A DNA stretch of 63,430 nucleotides. Origin: Deltaproteobacteria bacterium (lineage in GTDB: Bacteria > Myxococcota_A > UBA9160 > SMWR01). Shown one piece after another: positions 40,643 to 50,999 of this stretch. The translations under genes and the position numbers were made by a program. The stretch lies in NCBI GenBank assembly GCA_032128115.1, contig JAQBHB010000094.1:1-63430 (forward strand), written 5' to 3'. The notes under the pieces were generated by a model. It did no database searches. It saw only the letters and a list, made by a program, of their open reading frames with translations, and was not told the origin of the DNA. Each line of letters opens with the position of its first letter. Position 1 is the stretch's first letter.

Positions 40643-42115
40643 TTGTCCGAGCTCCCCGTTCGCACGGCCCTCGCCTCGCGTCCCCTCGCGTCGCGCCCTC
40701 TGGGCGCGTCCGGCGGTCTGTTGCCGGCCTTCGAGCGCCTGCGCGCGGACGCCTTCCCCTGGCTGTTGGAGAGCAGCCTGGCCGAGGGCCGCCTGGGCCG
40801 CTTCTCGTTCGGGGGCGCCGAACCCTATCTGGTGATGCGCGCTCATGGCACGCGCTGCCAGATCGAATGCCGTCGCGCCGTGCACCCCGGTCTCGAGCCC
40901 GGGCGGCGCGAGATCGACGCCGATCCCTTCGAGCTGCTGCGGATGCTGCTGCCTCCGGCACCGGAGTTTCCGGGCGCGGTGTCGCTGCCGTTCGCCGCTG
41001 GAGCGGTGGGCTACCTGGGCTACGAGCTGGCGGAGCGCATCGAGCCCCTGGAGCTTTCGGCACGCGACGAGCTGGGCCTTCCGGACCTGGTGCTGCTGTT
41101 CGTGGATCGGTTGCTGGCCTACGACCACGCTTCCGGTGCGCTGCAGGCCATCGGTCTGGGCTTCGCGCGCGATGAGTCGAGCGCGCGCGAACGGGCCCAG
41201 GCGGCCGCGGACGAGCTGGCTCGCCGCGTGGATCGACCGGTCTTCATGACCGCCCGCGAAGTCCGCCCCCCCAGGCGGGAATCCGTCGTGGCGCCTTCGC
41301 CGGCCTCGTTCGACGAGAGCGCCTATGCCAAGGCCGTGGATACGGTCGTGCAGGAGATCGAAGCGGGCAACGTCTACCAGGCGTGTCTCAGCCACCGCAT
41401 GGAGCGGCGCTTTGGCGGGGAGCCCTGGGATCTCTACCGGCAGCTGCGGCGCACGAATCCCGCGCCCTTCGCCTGCTTCTTCGAGCTTCCGGAGCTTTCG
41501 ATCGCCGGCTGCTCCCCGGAGCGCTTCCTGAAGCTCTCGCCCGATGGCTGTGTCGAGAGCCGCCCGATCAAGGGCACGCGGCCGCGGGAGCGGGAGGCCG
41601 AGCTGGATTCCCAGCGGCGCCGCGAACTCGAGCGCTCCGAAAAAGACCGCGCCGAGAATCTGATGATCGTCGACCTGGTGCGCAACGATCTGGGCCGCGT
41701 GTGTGAGATCGGAAGCGTCCACGTGGACGACCTGTTCTCGATCGAAGCCTACGCATCGGTGTTCCAGATGGTTTCTACCGTGCGCGGGCGCTTGCGACGC
41801 GATTGCGACGCGGTGGATCTGGTACGGGCAAGCTTCCCGCCGGGCTCCATGACCGGGGCACCCAAGATCGCCGCCATGCGCCTCCTGGATCGTCTCGAAC
41901 CCGTGCGACGCGGCGTCTACTCGGGAGCCATCGGATACTTCGACGTGCGCGGGGGCATGGACCTGTCGGTGGTGATCCGCACCGTGTTGCTCCGCAACGG
42001 CCGGGCCTGGGTCCACACGGGGGGTGGCATCGTGGCCGACTCGGTGCCGATAGACGAGTGGCGCGAGACCCAGGACAAGGCGCGACCGCTGCTCGCGGCC
42101 CTTTCGGACGACTGA
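40643..42115 (+). CDS. pabB: Aminodeoxychorismate synthase component I (chorismate-binding)
   Basis: [53 protein letters not shown]. Confidence 0.85.
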   Translation: MSELPVRTALASRPLASRPLGASGGLLPAFERLRADAFPWLLESSLAEGRLGRFSFGGAEPYLVMRAHGTRCQIECRRAVHPGLEPGRREIDADPFELLRMLLPPAPEFPGAVSLPFAAGAVGYLGYELAERIEPLELSARDELGLPDLVLLFVDRLLAYDHASGALQAIGLGFARDESSARERAQAAADELARRVDRPVFMTAREVRPPRRESVVAPSPASFDESAYAKAVDTVVQEIEAGNVYQACLSHRMERRFGGEPWDLYRQLRRTNPAPFACFFELPELSIAGCSPERFLKLSPDGCVESRPIKGTRPREREAELDSQRRRELERSEKDRAENLMIVDLVRNDLGRVCEIGSVHVDDLFSIEAYASVFQMVSTVRGRLRRDCDAVDLVRASFPPGSMTGAPKIAAMRLLDRLEPVRRGVYSGAIGYFDVRGGMDLSVVIRTVLLRNGRAWVHTGGGIVADSVPIDEWRETQDKARPLLAALSDD

Positions 42116-42120
42116 GCGCC

Positions 42121-43119
42121 GTGGAGACCCGCGTGCTCGGCGGCAGCGGTCTGGAAGTCACGACCGTGGGTTTCGGTGCGTGGGCGATCGGCGGTCTCAT
42201 GTGGGGTGGCTGCCACGAGTCGGATGCGATCGCGGCCATCCACGCGAGCCTGGATGCCGGGGTGAACTGGATCGACACGGCGCCGGCCTACGGCTGCGGT
42301 CGCAGCGAAGAGATCGTGGGGCGCGCGCTTCGAGGCCGTCGCGGGCGCGCGCTCGTCGCCACCAAGTGCGGGCTGCGCTGGGACCGCAGCGACGGCGAGG
42401 TCCGCTTCGACGTGGCCGACCCGGACGGGGGTCGCGTCCGCATCCACTACAACCTGCGGCCAGAGAGTCTGCGGGAGGAATGCGAGGCGAGTCTGCGTCG
42501 CCTGGGTGTGGACGCCATCGACCTCTACCAGATCCACTGGCCCTATCCGCCTCATCCCCTGGACGAAGCCTTCGAGGCGCTGCTGCGCCTGCGCGACGAG
42601 GGCAAGCTGCGTCATCTGGGCGTGAGCAATTTCTCGGTGGCGGACCTGCGGGTGGCGCAGGCCTGCGGAGGCATCGCCAGCGCGCAGCCTCCCTACAACC
42701 TGGTGGACCGACGCATCGAGACGGAGATCCTGCCCTGGTGTCGGGAGCAGGGCGTGGGCGTGATCGCGTACAGCCCCATGGCCCGGGGGTTGCTTACGGG
42801 AAAGGTGGGGATGGACACGGTGTTCCCCGAGAGCGATCACCGCAGCGCGAATCCGGCGTTCCAGGTGGAGTCGCGCGAGAAGCTCGCGCCGGCGCTGGAG
42901 CGGGCGCGGCCGATTGCGGAGGCGCATGGCGTGTCGTTGGGGAATCTGGCGGTGGCTTGGGTGCTCGCGGCGCCTGGTGTCAGTGCGGCTCTGGTGGGGG
43001 CTCGAAATGCGGAGCAGGCGGTGGAGAATGCGCGGGCGGCGTCGGTGAAGTTGTCCGTCGAGGAGTGGAAGGCGCTCGCGGAGATGTTTCCGGGGTTGCC
43101 TTGGGCTTCGCCGCGGTGA
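42121..43119 (+). CDS. Aldo/keto reductase
   Basis: GFGAWAIGG, IDTAPAYG, VATKCG, IDLYQIHWP, GVSNF, YSPMARGLL. Confidence 0.95.
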   Translation: METRVLGGSGLEVTTVGFGAWAIGGLMWGGCHESDAIAAIHASLDAGVNWIDTAPAYGCGRSEEIVGRALRGRRGRALVATKCGLRWDRSDGEVRFDVADPDGGRVRIHYNLRPESLREECEASLRRLGVDAIDLYQIHWPYPPHPLDEAFEALLRLRDEGKLRHLGVSNFSVADLRVAQACGGIASAQPPYNLVDRRIETEILPWCREQGVGVIAYSPMARGLLTGKVGMDTVFPESDHRSANPAFQVESREKLAPALERARPIAEAHGVSLGNLAVAWVLAAPGVSAALVGARNAEQAVENARAASVKLSVEEWKALAEMFPGLPWASPR

Positions 43120-43121
43120 TG

Positions 43122-43202
43122 GGTTGCCGGGCCGGGTGGGGGCCCCCACCCAAGCCGGCCCAGGAGATCCGAGATGCGCGGACTGCGGGTCTCGTGGCAA
43201 CC
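43122..43202. other. Multi-stem palindromic element between convergent genes
   Basis: GGTTGCC/GGCAACC closing stem around GGGCCGG/CCGGCCC (containing a perfect 18-bp palindrome at 43134-51) and GAGATCCG/CGGGTCTC. Confidence 0.65.
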
Positions 43203-43218
43203 GTGCTCGGAATTTTAT

Positions 43219-43968
43219 TCAGGCGACCTGGCCGCCATCGATTGCGAAGGCGGCGCCGTTTACGTAGCGGGCTTCGTCGGAGGCCAGGTAGGCGAAGGCG
43301 CCGGCGATTTCAGGGGGTTCGGCCAGGCGGCCCAGGAGCATCATGCGGTGGAGCAGGTGGCGGTCGGCTTCGTCGGGGGGGACGAAGCCGCGCACCATGG
43401 GTGTGTTCACGCCGCCCGGGCATACGGCGTTGATGCGCACACCGCGTCGGGCGTACTCGACGGCCAGGGAGCGGGTGAGCATCACCACCGCTCCCTTGGA
43501 CGCGGCGTAGGCGGAGGTGTAGGCCACGCCCATGAGTCCCGCCGACGAGCCGGCGTTAACGATGGCGCCCTGGGTTTCCAGCAGGTGCGGGATGGCGGCC
43601 TGGCACATGAAGAACGTGCCCGACAGGTTCACGGCGATCACGCGGTTCCACTGCTCCGGCGTGATGTCGGTGGCGTGGCCGTTGAGACCGATGCCGGCCA
43701 CGTTGCACAGGACGTCCAGGCGGCCCAGGGTTTCCACTGCGGAACTCATCAGCTGTTGGCAGGCGGTCGGATCGCTCACGTCGCAGGCGCGCGCCTCTGC
43801 CTGTCCGCCGGCCTTGCGGATCGACTCGGCGGTTTCTTCGCTGCCGCTCTCGTTGAGGTCGGCGCAAACCACGCGCCCGCCCTCGGAGGCCAGCCGCTCG
43901 GCCACGGCGCGTCCGATGCCCGAGGCGGCTCCGGTTACCAGGATGGCTTTGTCTTCGAATCGCTGCAT
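43219..43968 (-). CDS. SDR family oxidoreductase
   Basis: TGAASGIG, NVAG, YAASK, PGGVNT. Confidence 0.95.
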   Translation of the reverse strand: MQRFEDKAILVTGAASGIGRAVAERLASEGGRVVCADLNESGSEETAESIRKAGGQAEARACDVSDPTACQQLMSSAVETLGRLDVLCNVAGIGLNGHATDITPEQWNRVIAVNLSGTFFMCQAAIPHLLETQGAIVNAGSSAGLMGVAYTSAYAASKGAVVMLTRSLAVEYARRGVRINAVCPGGVNTPMVRGFVPPDEADRHLLHRMMLLGRLAEPPEIAGAFAYLASDEARYVNGAAFAIDGGQVA

Positions 43969-44048
43969 GGCGCGTAGTGTAGCCGCAACCGTTTCGACGG
44001 GGGATTGGGTTATGCTCGAACGCCCAGAATCTGCAGAGAGGAGACGCA

Positions 44049-45194
44049 GTGGGCCCCCTGGAAGGTGTCAAGATTCTCGAGTTCACGGGCATCGGCCCGG
44101 GGCCGTTCGCGGCCATGATGTTGTCGGACATGGGCGCGGAGGTGCTTCGCCTGGATCGCGCCCAATCGGTGACGGGCGGCGATCCGAACCAGCCCTCGCT
44201 GGACTTCCTGGCCCGCGGGCGCAGGAGCGTGGGCGTCGACCTCAAGAACCCGGAAGGCGTCCAGGCCGTGTTGCGCCTGGTGGAAGGGGCCGACGCACTG
44301 CTCGAGGGCTTCCGGCCCGGCGTGATGGAACGCCTGGGGCTCGGCCCCGACGTGTGCCTGGAGCGGAACCCGCGCCTCGTCTACGGGCGGATGACCGGCT
44401 GGGGCCAGGAAGGCCCCTTGGCTCACGCGGCCGGCCACGACATCAACTACATCAGTCTCGCTGGCGCCCTGGAATCCATCGGGCGCCAGGGCGAGGCGCC
44501 GGTGGCGCCACTGAACCTGGTGGGCGATTTCGGCGGCGGCGGCATGCTGTTGGCGTACGGCATGGTGTGTGCGCTGGTGGAGCGCGCGCAATCCGGTAAG
44601 GGGCAGGTGGTGGACGCCGCCATGGTGGATGGCGCAGCGGTGCTCATGACCATCTTCCACGGTGCCGCCCAGAGCGGCTGGTGGCAGCCGGAGCGTGGCA
44701 CCAACATGCTGGACACGGGGGCGCACTTCTACGACGTCTACGAAACCGCGGACGGGAAGTACGTCTCCATCGGCTCCATCGAGCCCCAGTTCTACGCCGA
44801 GTTGTTGCAGAAGACGGGCCTTTCGGACGAGGCCGGATTGCCGTCCCAGATGGATCGCGCCGGCTGGAAGCCCATGAAGAAACGCCTGACGGCGATCTTC
44901 AAGAGGAAGACTCGCGACGAGTGGTGTCAGGTGATGGAAGGCAGCGACATCTGCTTTGCCCCGGTGCTTTCCATGACCGAGTGCCAGGAGCATCCGCACA
45001 TTCGCGCGCGCGAGACCTTCGTCACGGTGGCGGGCGCCCCGCAGCCGGCGCCGGCACCGCGCTTCAGCCGCAGCCAGACCAGGATCTCGGCGCCGCCGCC
45101 CCACGCGGGCCAGCACACCGAGCAGGCGCTGCGCGACTGGGGCTTCGAGGCGGAAGAGATCGCCGGGCTCCGGGAGTCCAAGGCGATCGCGTAG
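44049..45194 (+). CDS. Alpha-methylacyl-CoA racemase-like CaiB/BaiF protein
   Basis: GIGPGPF, AGHDINY, NLVGDFGGG, PAPAPRFS. Confidence 0.9.
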   Translation: MGPLEGVKILEFTGIGPGPFAAMMLSDMGAEVLRLDRAQSVTGGDPNQPSLDFLARGRRSVGVDLKNPEGVQAVLRLVEGADALLEGFRPGVMERLGLGPDVCLERNPRLVYGRMTGWGQEGPLAHAAGHDINYISLAGALESIGRQGEAPVAPLNLVGDFGGGGMLLAYGMVCALVERAQSGKGQVVDAAMVDGAAVLMTIFHGAAQSGWWQPERGTNMLDTGAHFYDVYETADGKYVSIGSIEPQFYAELLQKTGLSDEAGLPSQMDRAGWKPMKKRLTAIFKRKTRDEWCQVMEGSDICFAPVLSMTECQEHPHIRARETFVTVAGAPQPAPAPRFSRSQTRISAPPPHAGQHTEQALRDWGFEAEEIAGLRESKAIA

Positions 45195-45212
45195 CCGCGA
45201 AGCGTCGAAACG

Positions 45213-45890
45213 CTAGTTGGCGGTGAGGAGGCGGCGCACGACCCGCACCATCTCGTCACGGTGCGCGGCCAGGTGCTCGGGCGATAGGGGAGAGATCGCC
45301 CGGTTGGGCACCAGGAAGGGCATGGCGGCCACCAGGAATACCGTTGCGCCGACCACGGTGCTGGCCATGTTCAGCGGATCGATGGGCGCCAGCTGAGAGC
45401 CATCGAAGTCGTCACGCTCCACGACCTGGTCTCGCACCAGGTTCCGGAACGGTTCCATGTGGCGCAGCAGCGCGGGATGGCGATCCGGCGCCGCGTCGGC
45501 CACCTCGCGCAGGAGAATTCGTGCGAGGCTCGGGTGCTCGCCCACGTAGTCGACCCAGGTCGCGACGGCGGTCTCGATCCGGTCGCCCGGAGGACCCGGG
45601 CCGCTGAGGACAGGCTCGATCGCGTGGAGCAAGCCTCCCAGCACCCGATCGAGCACCGCCTCGTAGAGAGCTTCCTTGTCCTTGAAGTAGTAGACGATGG
45701 AGGCGCGCCGGATGCCCACACGGCTGGCCACGGCCTCGAGGCGCGTGGCCGCGAAACCCCGCTCGGCGAAGATCTCCTCGGCGGCCGCAAGCAGCGCCGC
45801 GCGCGTTCGGGCCGAACGGCTGCGCGTGTTCGCCCGGCCGGAAGAAGTCGAAGTCCCCTGGTCCTCGCTGTCCTGGTCCACGAGTTTCAC
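45213..45890 (-). CDS. TetR/AcrR family regulator
   Basis: AAEEIFAERGFAATRLEAVASRVGIRRASIVYYFKDKEAL. Confidence 0.93.
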   Translation of the reverse strand: MKLVDQDSEDQGTSTSSGRANTRSRSARTRAALLAAAEEIFAERGFAATRLEAVASRVGIRRASIVYYFKDKEALYEAVLDRVLGGLLHAIEPVLSGPGPPGDRIETAVATWVDYVGEHPSLARILLREVADAAPDRHPALLRHMEPFRNLVRDQVVERDDFDGSQLAPIDPLNMASTVVGATVFLVAAMPFLVPNRAISPLSPEHLAAHRDEMVRVVRRLLTAN

Positions 45891-45910
45891 CTACCTGCGT
45901 GCAGGTAGGT
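45889..45910. promoter_or_regulatory. Palindromic operator at the tetR/ferredoxin divergent promoter
   Basis: ACCTACCTGC-GT-GCAGGTAGGT with perfect 10-bp arms, overlapping the tetR start; TAGAAT -10 at 45933. Confidence 0.8.
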
Positions 45911-45953
45911 TAATCTATCACGTTACTTCCCGTAGAATCGGCCGCCGAGAGCC

Positions 45954-46175
45954 ATGTCGTTGCGTGTGCGCATCGAGAAGAAGAGCTGTCAGAGCTCCGG
46001 AAACTGTGTAACCGCGGCCCCCGAGGCCTTCGGCTGGGACGATGACGATCTGGGCGACGTTCGACCTGAGGCGAAGAACCTGACCCGGGATCGCCTGATC
46101 TCCATCGCCAGGCGCTGCCCGGCGCTTTGCATCTCGATCTTCGACGAAAATGACCGGGAGATCGAGGTCGGCTGA
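45954..46175 (+). CDS. Ferredoxin ([3Fe-4S]-type, P450-associated family)
   Basis: CQSSGNC...APEAF...CP. Confidence 0.9.
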   Translation: MSLRVRIEKKSCQSSGNCVTAAPEAFGWDDDDLGDVRPEAKNLTRDRLISIARRCPALCISIFDENDREIEVG

Positions 46176-47484
46176 CCTGCGGTACGCCGCGGCGGTCACG
46201 ACGATCGTCCTCGCGTGGGGACCGTCGCTCGCGTCGGCCGCCGCGGACGGGCTTCGCAATCCGCTGGCGCGCCCTCCGCGTATCCAGCTGGAAATCGAGT
46301 ACCCCCCGCACCAGTCCGTCGTCAACGGCTCGGCGTGCGGCGTTTTCGTCGCCGGCCGGGCCCTGCTGGTGTCGGGAGAGACACCGCGTCTGGACGTGGT
46401 TCTGGTTCTCGACACGTCGCTCTCCACGGCGGAGACCAGTGGCGTCGACATCAACGGCAACGGCAGGATCGGGACGCCGCAGCTGGGATTCATCGGCCCG
46501 AAACCCGACGAGAGCGGCAGCGATTCCGGCGACTCGATCCTGGCCGCTGAGGTGGCGGCGGCGCGGCTGTTGTTGCGCGGGCTCGATCCGAAACGTTCGC
46601 GCCTGGCCGTGCTGGCATTTCCCGGCAATCCGGGTGCCGGAGACGAGATCGTCGTCGAGCCGCTCACGTCCGATCACGGGCGCGTCGATCGGGCGCTTCG
46701 ATTGGTTCTCGGGCGCACGCCTTCCGGGGCGACTCCCATGGCCCTGGGCCTGGAACAGGCCGTCCGCGAGCTGACGGCCGCACCCGAAGCGCCAGATTAC
46801 GAGAAGGTGGTGGTCTTCTTCACCGACGGGCAGCCCACCCTGCCGTTTGGCCCGGCTTCGGCGCGCGAGACCGTGCTGGCCGTGATCGAGGCCTCGGAGC
46901 GGGCGGCGCGGGAATCGATCCGGATCCACTCCTTCGCAATCGGCCCGGAAGCGTTGGAGGGCCCGGTCGCCGTGGTCGAGATGGCGCAGCGCACCGGCGG
47001 CGTCTTCACCCCCGTGCCCCGCCCGGGCGATCTGGTGGAACTCATGAGCGACGTCCGCTTCACGGGCCTGAGCGACGTGCGCCTCGTCAACGTCAGTACC
47101 GACCGTCGCGCCGAGCCGTTTCGCATGGCGGCAGACGGTTCCTGGATCGGCTTCCTGGAGGTGGCTCCGGGAGTCAACTGGATCACGGTCGAAGCCCGCG
47201 CGAGTCTCAGCGGGCACGCCTCGCGCGGGATCGTGGTGGAGTGGGACCCGGATCTTCCGCCGTCCGCCACACCTCCCGAGTACGTGGTGCAGCGCAACGA
47301 ATTGCTGGAGATCTGCCTCGATCGGGAACGGCGACGTCGGGAGGAACTCGAAGGGGAGCACATCCAACACGTGCGCAAGGAACTCCGGCGCGAAATCGAA
47401 CGAGCCCGCGCAAAGGCCCGGCAACGGGCGGCCGAGCAGCGCAAGCAGCTGAACCTGTCGTTGGAGCCCGAGGGGGGCCCGTAG
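46150..47484 (+). CDS. Secreted VWA domain protein with DxNxNG loop and C-terminal coiled coil
   Basis: Signal-like N-terminus; LVLDTSLS MIDAS, DINGNG, FTDGQPT; charged helical tail. Confidence 0.8.
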   Translation: MTGRSRSADLRYAAAVTTIVLAWGPSLASAAADGLRNPLARPPRIQLEIEYPPHQSVVNGSACGVFVAGRALLVSGETPRLDVVLVLDTSLSTAETSGVDINGNGRIGTPQLGFIGPKPDESGSDSGDSILAAEVAAARLLLRGLDPKRSRLAVLAFPGNPGAGDEIVVEPLTSDHGRVDRALRLVLGRTPSGATPMALGLEQAVRELTAAPEAPDYEKVVVFFTDGQPTLPFGPASARETVLAVIEASERAARESIRIHSFAIGPEALEGPVAVVEMAQRTGGVFTPVPRPGDLVELMSDVRFTGLSDVRLVNVSTDRRAEPFRMAADGSWIGFLEVAPGVNWITVEARASLSGHASRGIVVEWDPDLPPSATPPEYVVQRNELLEICLDRERRRREELEGEHIQHVRKELRREIERARAKARQRAAEQRKQLNLSLEPEGGP

Positions 47485-47576
47485 CGGGCGGGTTCGCCCC
47501 GTTTGCGCTCGAGGCTTGCGGGCCCGGGGTGGCCAGTTACGATACGAAGCGTTTCGTTAATTGAGGAGCCTCGCCG

Positions 47577-48815
47577 ATGGCCAGCCCGAGCCGCCCTTCA
47601 CCGCTTTCCGGCGTTCGCGTGATCGAATCGTCCCTGTTGGGGCCGGCCGCCATCACCACGCACCTGGCCGACCTGGGGGCCGAGGTCATCAAGGTCGAGG
47701 CGCCCTCGGGCGACTACGTGCGCGAGATGACGTGGCCCATCATCGAGGGCGTATCGCTGCTCCACCTGCACATCAACCGGGGCAAGAAGAGCCTGACCCT
47801 GGATCTCAAGAAGACCGAGGCGGTGGCGGTCTACAAGGACCTGGTGGTGGACGCGGACGCGGTGGTGGAGGCCATGCGACCGGGGTCGCTGGCGCGGCTC
47901 GGCCTGGGATACGACGACCTGAAGTCGATCAACCCGCGCATCGTTTTCTGCAACATCTCGGGCTACGGCATGACGGGTCCGTACCAGTCGCTTCCCGCAC
48001 ACGGCATCGCCTTCGATACCTGGGCCGGCATCGTGCAGCCGGCCTACGACGATGAGGGGTTCTGTTACATCCCCGAGCACGCCTCCATCGGCATGCACGC
48101 GGGGCCCATGTTCGGCGCCATGGGCATCCTGGCCGGGATCTTGCGGGCGCGTTCCAGCGGGGAGGGTTGCCTGCTCGAGATCGCCCAGTCCGACGCAGCC
48201 GCCTACATGGACTGGTATCGCTCGGAGTCGTGGCTGGCCTACGAGCGGCCCGAAGATGTGGTCACGGGCAACAAGGCCGACGGTTACGAACGCCGCGCGC
48301 CGGGCACCGCGGGCATGAAGGAAGGCGTCCGCTACCAGATCTACGAGTCGAGCGACGGATTTGTCCTGTTCATGTGCTCGGAGCAGGCCTTCTGGAAGAA
48401 CTTCTGCGAGTGCGTGGGCCGCGTGGATCTCTTCGAGAAGTGGCCCGGTGCGAAATTCGCCGACCACGCCCGGGGCAATCGCGAGTTGCAACGCGAACTC
48501 GCGCCGATCTTCGCCGGGAAGACCAGCGCCGGGTGGATCCATCTGGGCGGCGAGAAGAACTTTCCCATCGCGCCGGTAAACAGCCCGAAGGACCTGACCC
48601 GAGATCCCCAGTTCCGCGCTCGCTTCCCGCTCTATCCCTACGCGGAGCACGGTGCCGACATGCTGCCCTTCCCGGTGAAGTACGGCGACGAGACGCTCCC
48701 AGATCCCGCCCGCGCCCCCACCGTGGGCGAGCACAACGAAGCCGTGCTTGGCGAGGTGCTGGGCTACGACGCGGAGCGGATCGAATCCCTGCGCAAGGCG
48801 GGCGCGCTGGGCTGA
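47577..48815 (+). CDS. Family III CoA-transferase
   Basis: LADLGAEVIKVE, NRGKKS, EAMRPG, SGYG.TGPY. Confidence 0.9.
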   Translation: MASPSRPSPLSGVRVIESSLLGPAAITTHLADLGAEVIKVEAPSGDYVREMTWPIIEGVSLLHLHINRGKKSLTLDLKKTEAVAVYKDLVVDADAVVEAMRPGSLARLGLGYDDLKSINPRIVFCNISGYGMTGPYQSLPAHGIAFDTWAGIVQPAYDDEGFCYIPEHASIGMHAGPMFGAMGILAGILRARSSGEGCLLEIAQSDAAAYMDWYRSESWLAYERPEDVVTGNKADGYERRAPGTAGMKEGVRYQIYESSDGFVLFMCSEQAFWKNFCECVGRVDLFEKWPGAKFADHARGNRELQRELAPIFAGKTSAGWIHLGGEKNFPIAPVNSPKDLTRDPQFRARFPLYPYAEHGADMLPFPVKYGDETLPDPARAPTVGEHNEAVLGEVLGYDAERIESLRKAGALG

Positions 48816-48843
48816 CGCTGGGGACGGGTCCCCACCCATTAAA

Positions 48844-49851
48844 TTACTTCTTGCGGCGGCGGCGGCCCTTCTTGTGGCCGCCGCCGCTGGCGCCACCGCT
48901 GTCGGCGATGGGGCCGAGCGCGGCCTCGATGGTGGCCGTATCCGGGGGATCCCCCGGTGTGTAGCCGTCCAGGGCATGGCCGATGGCACCCAGGTGGGTG
49001 GGTGTGGTGCCGCAGCAGCCGCCGATGATGCGAGCGCCGGCGTCCCGGGCCAGGCGCGCGTAACACGCCATGGTCGCCTCGTCGCCGCTGTAGACGACCT
49101 TCCTGCCCACCCTCTGCGGCACGCCGCAATTGCCCTTGGCGATGATCACGCTGCCTTCGGGCGCACTGCGACCGAAGCCGCAGATCGTGTCGATCAGCAT
49201 GGCAGGGCCGGCCCCGCAGTTGGCACCGTAGGCGATCACCGGCGTGGGGAGTCGGTGGATGAACTCGCTGGCCTTCTCCGGTGTGTCGCCCATCATGGTG
49301 CGACCGACCGTATCGAAGGTCAGGGTGGAGGCCACCGGGAGGCCCGTGGAGCCGGCGGCAGCGATCGCGGCCGCGAGTTCGTCGAGTGCGAAGAAGGTTT
49401 CGATCCACAGCACGTCCACGCCGCCCGCGGCCAGCGCCTCTGCCTGCTCGGTGAAGACCTCGAGGGATTCCTCCTTCTCGAGAGTGCCGTAGGGCACCAG
49501 CAACTCTCCCGTCGGCCCCATGGAGCCCGCCACCACCACGGGGCGCCCGGCGCCGTCGGCGGCGGCGCGGGCGAGGCGCGCGCCGGCTTCGTTGATTTCG
49601 CTGGCCCTGTCTTCGGCCTTGTCGAGTTTGAGGCGGCAGCGGTTCGCGCCGAACGTGTTGGTCAGCAGGATGTCGGAGCCCTGCTCGAGAAAGCTCGCGT
49701 GCAGATTCGCAACGTTCGCTGGCACGTCCAGGTTCCAGAGGTCCGGCGCCCGGCCCGGGGGCAGACCCATCCCCATCATGTTGGTTCCGGTGGCGCCGTC
49801 GGCCAGCAGGTAGTCGCGTTCGGAGAGTAGTTCGGCCAGCAGGTTGCCCAT
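48844..49851 (-). CDS. bmt: Stand-alone (betaine-)homocysteine S-methyltransferase
   Basis: LADGATGTN, TNTFG, GSMGPTG, GANCG, GGCCGT zinc ligands. Confidence 0.85.
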   Translation of the reverse strand: MGNLLAELLSERDYLLADGATGTNMMGMGLPPGRAPDLWNLDVPANVANLHASFLEQGSDILLTNTFGANRCRLKLDKAEDRASEINEAGARLARAAADGAGRPVVVAGSMGPTGELLVPYGTLEKEESLEVFTEQAEALAAGGVDVLWIETFFALDELAAAIAAAGSTGLPVASTLTFDTVGRTMMGDTPEKASEFIHRLPTPVIAYGANCGAGPAMLIDTICGFGRSAPEGSVIIAKGNCGVPQRVGRKVVYSGDEATMACYARLARDAGARIIGGCCGTTPTHLGAIGHALDGYTPGDPPDTATIEAALGPIADSGGASGGGHKKGRRRRKK

Positions 49852-49927
49852 GGGTCCCTTGCTGCGGCAGGTGCTGCGATTGCCGCGGCAGGGTAGCGCC
49901 CGCGGGTCGGGCGCGGCACGACCCGAT

Positions 49928-50638
49928 TCACGCGGCCTTGGCGAGCACCCGCCGCAGGGTCTGGACGATCAAGAAGGCTTCGCGCAGGTCCTGGAGCTGA
50001 TCGGCCAGAACGATTTCGCCGTGTTGCGGGTGGCGAGCGCTCACCCGGAACGAGGCGGCGCCGGCCGCAGCCAGGATGACCTGGCGCAGATCCACGTTGC
50101 CCGAGAAGGCAGCGAAGCGCTGCGCCGCCTTCAGGCCGTCTTCCAGCGAGAATGCCTTGTCGGAGCGGGGCCGTTCCCGGATGCAGAGGCCTTCCAGGTC
50201 TCGCCCCGCCAGCTCCACGGGCTTGCTCCCGGTGCGACGCAGGATCATGCGATCGCCCGCCACCTCGATCGAGCCGCGCGAGGGGCCGTCTTCGAGGGGC
50301 AGGATCGAGACATGGTCCGGCTGCTCCTCGATGCGATAGCGCCAGGCCGCGTCGCCGGCCTTGGGCGCCCCCAATACCCGCATCATGGCCTCCGGTGCCA
50401 CCAGCAGCGTGAGCCCCCGGCAGTGGTTGCACGCGATGCTTCCGCGCCGGCCATCCCTTTGGCTGGCGACCACGGTGGCGCCGCAGCCGTCGCAGGGGAT
50501 CGGGCCGGTTCGGGGGGCCTCGGGGCGCTCCTCGGGGAGCAGCGGAGTGAAATGCACCACGAGGTCGACGGGGTTCGTCGACTGCCAGACCGGCACCTCG
50601 AAGGGGCCGTCGTCGGACTCGTACGTCGGGTCGACCAT
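49928..50638 (-). CDS. Hypothetical protein with zinc-ribbon (CxxC...CxxC)
   Basis: CDGC and CNHC; GC3-rich codon usage; ATG after GAGG. Confidence 0.6.
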   Translation of the reverse strand: MVDPTYESDDGPFEVPVWQSTNPVDLVVHFTPLLPEERPEAPRTGPIPCDGCGATVVASQRDGRRGSIACNHCRGLTLLVAPEAMMRVLGAPKAGDAAWRYRIEEQPDHVSILPLEDGPSRGSIEVAGDRMILRRTGSKPVELAGRDLEGLCIRERPRSDKAFSLEDGLKAAQRFAAFSGNVDLRQVILAAAGAASFRVSARHPQHGEIVLADQLQDLREAFLIVQTLRRVLAKAA

Positions 50639-50824
50639 GGAACCTCGCCCTCGCTTCGCGAGATGCGCGGGAAGACCGAAGACGCATCGGCCGTCTCCCC
50701 GGACGACTTGAGGGATGTTCTGGGGTCGGGGGAGCAACCTGGGCCCGCATGGGTTGACCCCGCGCCCGGGTCACCGCGCAGAAACATCTGGGCTGAAGCC
50801 CCGGACCCTGGAGACCCCCATCCC

Positions 50825-50999
50825 ATGGGTTGCTCGCAGTGCGGCTCGCCCAACCCGTAGGGGTCGCGCTTCTGCGGGCATTCTGCGGACAGTGTGGGGG
50901 GTCGGTGGGGGCGCCGGCGACCTGGACTTCGGAGAGCACCGCGAAGTGGAACTCAAAGGCATCAGCGAGCCCCAGCGGATCTACGCGGTCCCCTGGTGA
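50825..50999 (+). pseudogene. Collapsed remnant of a double-zinc-ribbon adenylate/guanylate cyclase gene
   Basis: MGCSQCGSPNP*GSRFCG, frameshifted FCGQCG, then VELKGISEPQRIYAVPW* in a third frame. Confidence 0.7.
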
